NCBI GenBank assembly: GCA_002189035.1
Contig: NEEC01000021.1
Coordinates: 1,302,001 to 1,366,000 of the forward strand
Source: Utricularia gibba
Taxonomy: Eukaryota; Plantae; Magnoliophyta
DNA length: 64,000 nt
Reading direction: 5' to 3'
The position numbers were made by a program, and so were the translations under genes. Shown here piece after piece: positions 36,774 to 46,763 of this stretch. The notes under the pieces are model-generated. The model saw only the letters and a program-made list of their open reading frames with translations, was not told where the DNA came from and made no database searches. Numbering within the stretch: position 1 is the first letter of the stretch; every line of letters starts with the position of its first letter.

Positions 36774-39079
36774 TCTGGACCGGGCCCCATGCTGGCCCGG
36801 GCTTAATTGAGTGCTCAGGCTGGGCCGTATTTTAGCATCTGGGCAGGCAGCATCCACTTTGTGGGCTGAGCTGAATCCGTTTATTGAGTTGAGTAGCAAA
36901 TTTCCTGAGCCGAGCCGCAATATAATCTGGGCCGGGCTCAATGGAGTGCACGGGCTGGGTCGTATTTTAACATCTGGGCGGGCTGTATCCACTGCGGGCA
37001 GGGCGGAATCCTTTGTTGGGTCGAAAAATTACTGGGCTAGGCCTCATTAGAATCTGGACCGGGACCCATTATAGGCCGGTCTCAATGGAGTGCACGGGCT
37101 GGGTCGTATTTTAACATCTGGGCGGGCTGCATCCTCTATGCGGGCTGGGCGGAATCCTTTGTTAGAGTTTGTCGCCAAATTACTGGGCAGGGCCTCATTA
37201 GAATGTGGACATTATGGGCCGGTCTCAATGGAGTGCTCGGGCTGGGTCGTTTTTTAACATCTGGGCGGGCTGCATTCACTATGCAGGCTGCGCGGAATCC
37301 TTTTTTTGGGTTGGGTCGCCAAATTCATGGGCCGGACCTCGTTAGAATCTGGAACGGCCCATTATGGGCCGGGCTCAATGGAGTGTTCGGGCTGGGTCAT
37401 ATGTTAACATCTGACCAGTCTGCATCCACTATGCGGGCTGGGCGGAATCCTTTGTTTGAGTTGGGTCGCCAAATGCCTGGGCCGGACCTCGTAAGAATCT
37501 GGACCGGGCCCCATTATGGGCCGGGATTAATGGAGTGCTCGGCCTGGGTCGTTTTTAACATCTGGGCGGGCTGCATCCACTATGCGGGCTGGGCGGAATC
37601 TTTTGTTTAGGTTGGGTCGCGGTAGTACCCGGACCGGACCACCGTCTGGGCCGGGCTCAATAGAGAGCTCGGGCTGGGTCGTATGTTAACATCTGACCGG
37701 GCTGCATCCACTATGCGGGCTGGGCGCAATCCACTGTTTGAGTTGGGTCGCCAAATTACTGGGCCGGGCCTCATTGGAATCTGAACCGGGCCCCATTATG
37801 GGCCGGGCTGAATGGAGTGCTCGTACTGGGTCGTTTTTTAACATCTGGGCGGGCTGCATTCACTATGCGGGCTGGGCGGAATCCTTTGTTTAGGTTGGGT
37901 CTCCGCATTCCTGGGCCGGACCGCATTTGTACCTGGACCACGCACGTTCTGGGCCGGGCTCAATGGAGTGCTCGGGCTGGGTGGTATGTTAACATCTGGC
38001 CGGGCTGCATCCACTTTTCGGGCTGGGTGCAATCCACTATTTGGGTTGGGTCGTCAAATTCCTGGGCCGGTTCTCATTAGACTCTGGACCGGGCCGCATT
38101 ATGGGCCAGTGTTAATGGAGTGCACGGGCTGGGTCGTATTTTAACATCTGAGCGGGCTGCAATCACTATGCGGGCTGAGCGGAATCCTTTGTTTGGGTTG
38201 GGTCTCCGAATTCCTGGGCCGCGCCTCATTAGAATCTGGACCGCGCCCCATTATGGGCCGGTGTCAATGGAGTTCACGGGCTGGGTCGTATTTATCATCT
38301 GGGCGGGCTGCTTTCACTATGCGGGCTGGGCGGAATCCTTTGTTTGGGTTGGGTCGCCTAATTCATGGGCCGATCCTCAGTAGAATCTGGACCGGGCTCC
38401 ATTTGGGGCCGGGCTCAGTGGAGTGCTCGGGCTGGGTCGTATGCTTACATCTGACTGGGCTGCATGCACTATGCGGGCTGGGCGGAATCCTTTTTTGGGT
38501 TGTGTCGCCAAATTCCTGGGCCGTGCCTCATTAGTATCTTGACCGGGCTCAATGGAGTGCTGGGACTGGGTCGTATTTTAACATCTGGGCGGGCTGCGTC
38601 GACTATGAGGGCTGGGCGGAATCCACTGCTTGGGTTAGGTCGCCAAATTCCTGGGTGGGGCGGCATTAGTATCTGGATCGGGCCCCATTCTGGGCCGAGC
38701 TCAATGGAGTGCTCGGACTGGTTCGTATTTTAACATCTGGGCGGGCTGCATCCACTATTCGGGCTGGGCGGAATCCTTTGTTTGGGTTGGGTCGCCAAAT
38801 TCATGGTCTGGGCCTCATTGGAATCTGGACCGGGCTCAATGGAGTGCTCGGACTGGGTCGTATTTTAACATCTGGGCGGGCTGTATCCATTATGCGGGCT
38901 GGGCGGAATCCACTCCTTGGGTTGGGTCGCCAAATTCCTGGGCGGGGCGGCATTAGTGTCTGGACCGGGCCCCATTCTGGGCCGAGCTCAGTGGAGTGGT
39001 CGGGCTGGGTCGTAGTTTAACATCTGGGCTGGCTGCATCCACTATGCGTGCTGGGCGGAATCCGCTGTTTGGGTTGGGT
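36774..39079 (+). repeat. GC-rich tandem satellite, about 15.5 monomers of ~152 bp (variants 130-135 and 143-151 bp)
   Basis: The anchor (c)aatggagtg recurs at about 36806, 36941, 37085, 37228, 37378, 37530, 37660, 37812, 37963, 38115, 38267, 38418, 38552, 38704, 38839 and 38991. Confidence 0.97.
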
Positions 39080-39713
39080 GCTATTTGGAATATGTTGTAA
39101 GAAGACACGTTTCACGGCATGGAAGTATGTGATGAAAAGAGATTACGTGCGCTGAGACGAAGAAGAAGAAGTTGGCGCTGCGCGTGGCGAAGGCGATGCA
39201 CCACACGGCATTGCAATTAGGTTCAGTTCAATAAATTTAATTATATTTGAAAATATTTTTTAAAAAATAATTATTCTTTAAATGAATTAAATTCATTTTT
39301 AATTTATTTTTTGAATTTAAATAAAAATCTCAAATTAAACCTATGATTATACAATATTTCAAAACTTTTGTTGTAGATAGATGTACACATACTACAAATC
39401 AAAAATTGATTCGATAAGATCTTCCAAATCCTAATCAAGTTTTGAAATTTTTATTACGTCCGTGTACGTATGCATACCCCCAAATCAAAAAATTGACACA
39501 ATCAGTCTTCCAAACTCTAATCAAATTTCAAAATTTTTGTTACGTATCTGTATGTATGCATACCTCTAAATCAAAAAAATTGATACGATCAATCTTCCAA
39601 ACACTAATCAAGTATAGGGGTTTTCAGAAAGGCAACAATAGATATGATTCAAAGCGCATAAGACCTTTTTATTTGCTTATTTGAAGTTTGACATTTGCCT
39701 TCTTGCAGTAGCA
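39079..39713 (+). repeat. Right direct repeat (LTR-like), TGCTA...TAGCA termini
   Basis: Paralogue of 36222-36773. It is about 80 bp longer because of one extra 86-87 bp internal unit. Confidence 0.9.
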
Positions 39714-40019
39714 ACTTCCTAAGAATGGTTTCATGGCTTGTAGAAACTAAGAAGAGAAAGGTGTTTCTTGACTTCCATAAGCATTTGTTGATGTATATTT
39801 AGAACATCAAGATGCATTGTAGCGAATAACTCGAAAACACTCATGGTAAACATTTTATAGGAACTTAAGAGGAAGGCAGACATATATGAACATCATCAGG
39901 GAAGCTATGCTAATGCCAGAAATGCAATTCATGTGCAGCCAGAGGTGGAAAACAGCATGTTGAGAGTAAGGGGGAATGGAGAAACCTGGTGATGAGCATT
40001 TGAGGAGAGGTGGGGAGGT

Positions 40020-42186
40020 TTATAGACCGAAGTTGCAGGCCTGCACATACTCGTTCTCGTAGTCGACGAACTTGGTCCAAAGACTGCGGAACTGAGGGAT
40101 GGCTATGTCGAGCCATGGTTTCATATTTCCGTTGAAATGGATGACGGCTGCGTTGTTGATCTCGTCCATGTTGATACTTGGGTTGTAGCCAAGCCCCAGG
40201 ACATGCCAAGATTTGTCTAGTGGTTTTGTAGTGGAGTAGTATGTGATCAAGCCAGGAGGCAGTGTCCCTAGCTTCCATAGTGTTCTATTCTCATTCTGAA
40301 AAAGAGAGAGAAGCACTTATATAAAGGAAGCAGACATACTGCAAAATCAGATCCTAAAGAATCACGGTAACCATGCAAGTCAAAGGAACAAGATGCTATA
40401 CATCAGCGATGCAGAGATAGGGTTATAAAGATGCCATTTGGATGATGGGTGAGTTTCGAATCATGCAAGTTCAAGAAAGACAAATCTAATGAAAAAGTTG
40501 AAGGCTAGAAAAAAAGCAAGCAAAGAAAGACATGCAAATTTCCAGGAGGATGGTATTAAGAAACTTAAACCACAAGTATTAAGTCTCACCAGATTCTGCC
40601 AATAGTGGTACTCTTCAGTGCACTTCTCGCGTCTCCAGGCATCCAAATCAAAGAAGTTCATCCCATAAGCCCAAGCGCATGCTTTGGGACTGAATTTCGC
40701 CTTGATCAAAGGATGGGAGAAGTTCATGTACTGTGCATAACGATGGAAGGACCAAAACATGTCTCAACGGCTCCGTTTACCTTCCCATCCATATCAATTT
40801 TCCAGAGCCCGTCAAATCTTTCTGAACCACTATATCATCATCAAGAAACAAAATCTTGTGCAACTTCGGATACATTTCAGGCAAATAGAACCTCAGATGA
40901 TTTAGTATCGAGAGATACTTTGGATTCCTGAATTTCATGTTGGTTGTGTCCTTTGTTGCATTTTCAATCCTATTGTCGAAGTAAAATTGCTGCAACTTGG
41001 CTGATTCCAGCTGTTTCAGCACAGGGACATAAGATGAGTTCAAAAAGCTATAATCCTCCACAGCCTTTACTTCTATATGAGCACCACCATAATCCCTCAT
41101 CTTAAACATCACCTGCATGGCTCCTAGATTCATCTTGTCTGTAACAACATGGAAGACATGCTTCCTTGGCTCTTCAGTGTTTTTAACAGCTGAGTTTACA
41201 ACAACTGATGCAGCAATCACATTGTCAGAAAAATTGCATAGTGATAAAGCTTTGGATCCTCAATCTCTGCCTTAGGAGGATTCCCTTCATCTGAATACTT
41301 GTCAGGATGAGCAATCCTTTCTTCCATCAACCTCAAAGCTAAGCAATGCAAACTCTTCGGAATTGACTTGGCAGCAATCAAATTCGAAAAGGCACCTTGC
41401 TTTTTAGCCTTGGTTAACTGCTCATTCAAAGCAAAAATGGTATCTTTCAACTTATGAATTTTCAACTGATTATCAAAGGATTCTTTTGCATCGGCTATCA
41501 CTTGCCTAGTGTACTTAATTTTCTCCTTCACCTCCTTCTCCAAAATCTTCAGTACTGGTTCATCAATCGAATTTGCATCCGACTCAAAAAGTGATCTATA
41601 TACTGGCTTTGTAAGAAACTCGGTGAAATCCCGTGATAGTTCAGCAAACACCCGGACGAGTTTTGAGTTCTCAAGTTTAAGTTTCCTCGCATAGGAAGCA
41701 TAAGCTAAAACCAAACTTTTATGATCGTCAGCTTGCTTCCAGATCTGGTCTAGCCTAGGCTTCAACGGATCTGACTTCGACACTAAAATCGATCTTCTAT
41801 GATAATTTAACCCGGATCCAATAGAGTTACTAGGATGAACCTAAATTGCGGGTAACCGAGTCAATCATAGGTACATTTCACATGCTCAAGAAACCAAATT
41901 TCCAAGAAAAAAACACGATCTAAAGCTTGCTTTAAACAAACAGTCGCTGAAATAATTCAATTAAAAAAAGGACCAAAATGCAGCAGAGAAAAAATAGGAA
42001 AAAAAGCACAAAGCTCACCGGTTCAAGGTCGGCCGGATCTGCAGATGTTGAAGGGAATGAAAGAGCGAGAAAGACGAAAATGGCAACCGGCAAGAAGGCG
42101 GCGAATCTGAAACCAATTGAACCTCTGAAACGGCGGCGGCGAAGGCAATCCGTCCAGATATTCATCCGGAACAGACTCCAATTCAT
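40020..42186 (-). CDS. GAUT8: Galacturonosyltransferase 8 / QUASIMODO1 (GT8), 3 exons; three apparent homopolymer frameshifts
   Basis: [49 protein letters not shown] and WHVLGLGY...QACNFGL* are collinear with QUA1. Exons are 42186-42019, 41840-40590 and 40295-40020. Confidence 0.95.
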
Positions 42187-42688
42187 GGCGATCGCCGACA
42201 CGGTGGAGATAGTGAGAGCCTTAGGACCACCTGAGCAACGTACAGTCTCTCTTCTTCGTTCGTTCAGCAAACTAACATATATAATAGCTACATCATGGGC
42301 TGGGCCCACCCCACCATTTGGGCTTTTATCAGCTTGTTTTCCAGACAGTGATGTGGCCCAGATAGCAAGATTCAAGGCTCAAAACAATTTACTAACAAAA
42401 AAAAAAAAAAAAAAAAATCATAGTAGCAAATTTCTTTTTTATTTTGTAGAAGAAAATCACTGCATCTAAGTCAGTTTTGCAAGGACAGCATATGCCCAAA
42501 GTAAAGGGCACAGCTTCTTTTTCAACTAAACTAGTTGTTCAGTGATGGTCAGGAATGAGCCAGAAGGGAATGAATGAACAGGCTGAATCAGAGAAATCTT
42601 CCTCCACTGCATTCTCCTTGCAGAAATGATAGTAAGCATGTTCATGTTGAAAATCCCACCATTATTTGGCTTTCTTTCATTCAAACAT

Positions 42689-44711
42689 CTAGAGGCTAAC
42701 CACACCAGATACCCATGGAACTATTTCAGGTGCATTGGGATGCGCCTGTCGATATGAATCCGAGTATTTGTCCTTGAAGTTCAACTTGGGTGTCTCCGAC
42801 TGCAGGCAGAAGAGAAACTATGATGAAGAAAACAAAAGCCAACTAGTGTGACTTCAGGGAGGTGAACTTACAAATTTTAGCCAGCATTCTTGGTTTTTGT
42901 GTTCATACATATCTGGGGAGTGGCAGCCACCCTCTAATGGGCAGTAAACCCAGATGTTGCACTTTTTTTCACCTGGTTTGGCACGTTTTGCTTGCTCAAA
43001 GCATGCCATACAGCACTCGTATGCTGAGTCTTTGGGGTGTGTAAGCCCCATCGGACGGCTACTCCATCATAGTCAGTGTGAAGCTCAGCATGGCATTCCA
43101 GGGGTAGCTGCATTCCCGGTAAGATTTCTTTTTCTGGTCAAGAGAAGTTGGAAATATATGTCATCCAAAGCAGAGGCAAGCACCATGATTTACATTCTGA
43201 AATAAATACATGCTATTACCAATCTCCTCTTCACCCTCTGGTTTATCATCATGCTCCCTGTTAATGACTTCATCAGGTATCCAAAGGCCAATTAATTCCT
43301 GAAAGTTGGCCCAACTGGAACTCAAAACTTGAACAACAATTCCTGCACAAAAATTGCGCTGAAATGGCTAAACATTGTAAAGGTATAATGCGTCCAGGTG
43401 AAGAATGTATTTATACTGGCATCCTCGGGCAAAATTGTTGAATTCAAGGTGTTTCCTTGAAGAAGTTGCCTAGCTTCTCTTAGTTTTTCCAGCCGCCAGG
43501 TTTCAACTGCTTCTGTTCGAGAGAACATATACCAGCATTTAGACTAGAAAACCAGTTCATTTTTAAGAATTTCATGGCTCAAGAAAACCATTAGACACGC
43601 AACCAGTAGAGACAAAATTTGAATAACTTGAAGCCCCTAATGGAAATGAAAGACTGCATAACACAGTTCCATCCGCTATTCAATTCAAGCAACTCAATAT
43701 TATTGTTTTGATTCAAATAAAAGGTAAACAAAGAGCATGTCTAGTACACTACTGTTAACCGAATCAGCAGCTTCCCTTTTCACCAGTGTAAACAGTCAAG
43801 ATAGGACAAGCTCATTTCAACTCTTATCTAATTTGTCACCTATCAATCTTGTAAAAAGGTAAACGTCGGAGCAGGTATTGTTAGCAAAGATGAAAGCCCT
43901 CACTCTCACCTCGTTGCTCTGTTGTATTTGCAGCAGCATCCAAGCGTCTCAACCGACTCAAAATTTCATCCATCATGCTAAGTTTCAAATTTTGTGGAAA
44001 CATGATCAACCTTTCTTCTCCTGCAAGCTTTTCGTGTAGTTTTCCTGCCTTAGGACCAGAAATAGACACCGTTGGCGGAGCTCTTGAAAAAAACGAGAAA
44101 AAAATAAGCAATACCAGTTTAATAAGCTCTGTAGGTTCTAAGGCTTTCCTTATTTCAGTTGACTCTTCCCGTCTCCTCGTTTGGGCTGACATGTACCTAA
44201 ATGCTGCTGAAAAAAAAATTAACATTAACTACATTCACGTGCATGGAACATTAACTATTTTCACATGTACATGGAATTGTAGTATAGAAAAGAAGCTTGT
44301 AGATAGTCAAGTTCCATGTTTTTCCTCTAAGATTTTCTTGAGTTCGTTCATATTCTACTACCAAGGTGCGTAGAAAAAAAAAAACCTATTGGGCAGATAA
44401 AGGGAAAAACGAAACCTAGGATAATAAGCAAACACAAAACTACATTTACCAATGATGAACTCTGAATCAGTCCAATGCATACCAAGCAACAAAATAGAAA
44501 CTCTTAATCTACAGAAAACATCAAAAGAAAAAAAGAAAAGGAAAACTCAAAAAACGCCTTACAGGTGCGAGCATCGCCAAAGGAGCGGACGCATAGAGAA
44601 GTGTAAATGGAGTAAAGCACATAAAGAGCAACTACAATGTTAATGGAACACAGAGCGAGAGTGGTCCTCTTGCAGGAACACCTCCCGTTACTCCCCAGTC
44701 CCCCTCGTCAT
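42689..44711 (-). CDS. Uncharacterised conserved plant protein with N-terminal TM helix and C-terminal Cys-rich PAN/Apple-like domain (At4g33380-like)
   Basis: The N-terminus reads GRCSCKRTTLALCSINIVVALYVL. The C-terminus reads WGLTHPKDSAYECCMAC...CNIWVYCP...ECWLK|...PWVSGVVSL*. There are two G-run losses right after the ATG. Confidence 0.75.
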
Positions 44712-45159
44712 TTTCTTCAGCTTCTCCTCCATTTCTTTATTACAATCTCTTCTCTTCTAATTTCTGGAAACATCATACCAACAAAAGTCAATCTTTTGAT
44801 CCAGGTTCACACCGAAAGCTTACAGTGTAGCAAATAAAAAAAAACCCCAATTCAATATACGGCTTCCTCTTTGTCAATTACACCCTGAAGCCATTCACAA
44901 AAACAGTAAAAAAAGAAAACGTAAGTTGAGTACCTGAATGAAAAGGCTTCTCCCCATTCGCCCACGAATCCTTTCCGTCGCGCCCTCGATCTCCTTCCCT
45001 GAGCTGGAAAATCCTCAAATACCCTGTTTCTTCCGTTCCAGTTACAACAACAAAACTTGCATTGAACGAAAACTCTCCCCTCAAAGTATCAAGGAACAGA
45101 GAAGACTCGATCGCAAGAACATTTTTTAATTATATTCTTCGTCAAATGATCTTATTCGG

Positions 45160-45340
45160 TTGGGCCTATGACTATTTTCAAAATGAGCCCACGAGCCCAC
45201 ATTAGTTATTCGGTGCGATGGTCCATGAACACCATTTAATTGAATTATATGGGCCGGGTCCCATGCTCCGATTCAGTTCAAATTGGGCTAACAACACACT
45301 GTAAGGCCCAAACATGATATAAAACATTGGAACCCTAATT
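45160..45340. promoter_or_regulatory. Bidirectional promoter with site II elements and telo-box between the Cys-rich gene and RPL32
   Basis: ttgggcct, gagcccac, atgggccg, ttgggcta, aggcccaa and aaccctaa (about 45331) are present. The site II plus telo-box combination is typical of plant ribosomal-protein promoters. Confidence 0.65.
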
Positions 45341-45701
45341 CATCAAAGTTCCTTTGGAGGGCGAAGCTTCCGCAACTGCTGCTGTCCCCAGGTGAGCGAG
45401 TCTCGAGATCTTTGCGGAGCGTGATTTGTTTGTCGATCTTGTTTTGAAATCTTAAACTTGAACAGACTTCTTCTTGATTTGGTATAGCTTTCTGGTTTGA
45501 GAAGATTATGAAAAGGTGTTTCCATAATGAGTTTGGAGCATCTAGGCGTCCTCATTCTGCGGAAATTTGACTTGTTTCCGGAGTCTGTGTGTTCTGATTG
45601 TGTTGATTGATCGGAATTGATTGTGTATATTCTGTGCCGCTTGGGTTGCTGGACGTAAACTGATTGACGACCTTATTGATTCTATTTGGAATGCAGAAAC
45701 C

Positions 45702-46437
45702 ATGGCTGTTCCTTTGCTGACCAAGAAGATTGTGAAGAAGCGTGTGAAGAAGTTCAAGAGGCACCAAAGTGACAGATTTGTTTCTGTGAAGGTTGTTGCT
45801 CTCAGTAATCTGTATGATCTTCATATTAGCACTTTCCTGTTGTGTATATGCCTTCAACTGTTGTGAGATATCTTATTTTGCGTACGAGTTCTTGCAGGAT
45901 TAGTAAGGATAATACGTACGATGTCTGATGTTTTTTGTAGTTTTCCAGCATACAAGATCATTTTTTTTTTTTGGTTCTTGATGCTTGTTTTTCATCTGAC
46001 AACACAATGCTTCTTTGCTGTGCGGTGATTCTCATTTGTCATTGTGTCGTTTGGCAGCCCAACTGGCGCAGGCCGAAGGGTATCGATTCCCGTGTTAGGA
46101 GAAAGTTCAAGGGATGCACATTGATGCCAAATATCGGTTATGGCTCAGACAAGAAAACTCGCCATTATCTCCCCAATGGATTCAAGAAGTTTGTTGTCCA
46201 CAATGTGAAGGAGCTCGAAGTTCTGATGATGCACAACAGGTCATTTTCCAATGCCCTTCATTACCACAATGGGATCTTCTTTTTGACTCTGATCCATTGC
46301 ATTGCAGGACATACTGTGCTGAGATTGCTCATAATGTTTCGACAAAGAAACGAAAGGACATCGTTGAACGAGCTGCTCAGCTCGATATTGTTGTCACCAA
46401 CAAGTTGGCCAGGCTACGCAGCCAGGAAGACGAGTAA
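45702..46437 (+). CDS. RPL32: 60S ribosomal protein L32 (eL32), 3 coding exons
   Basis: Exons 45702-45791, 46058-46239 and 46308-46437 give [25 protein letters not shown]...[19 protein letters not shown]...[11 protein letters not shown]...RLRSQEDE*. Confidence 0.97.
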
Positions 46438-46763
46438 TCAGCAATGCGGCTTCTCCCTTTTCCCTTGGTTTTTATTATTGATTTGAGGTTCAGGAGCTCC
46501 TTTCTAATCTCTTCTGTGTTCAAGATACATTCGAGTCTGGAATTCGGTTAGTCTTTCCATATGAAATTCAATGACATTATCCATTTTCCGTCACATGTTT
46601 CTTGTCTGAGAAACACAGAATGCTACAGATTAAATTCTATTTGGACAAAAATCATTGAAACATGGAACAGGAACCATCCTTCCACTGAACCAAAAACATC
46701 GGAGAGACCTTAATCTAAAGTATAAAACTCACGTCTGGATGGAGCAAGCCATCCCCGCCGTCC

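Noticed and set aside
36811-39020. Repetitive ORFs in the satellite (GLNGVLGLGRILTSGRAASTMRAGRNPLFGLGRQ...) as a repeat protein
   Set aside because: The modal monomer of 152 bp is not a multiple of 3, monomers carry frame-breaking indels, and the substitutions look like CpG decay rather than synonymous bias. Caveat: if polishing shows 153 bp monomers, a 51-aa repeat frame would open and this should be revisited.
36774-39079. Array as CRISPR-like, rRNA or tRNA cluster
   Set aside because: There are no unique spacers between constant repeats, no recognisable rRNA/tRNA sequence, and the context is a plant nuclear genome.
26913-42186. IPT, AAE18, XTH and GAUT8 as pseudogenes
   Set aside because: Their only lesions are -1 losses in homopolymers and there are no substitution stops, unlike MATH-BTB copy 1.
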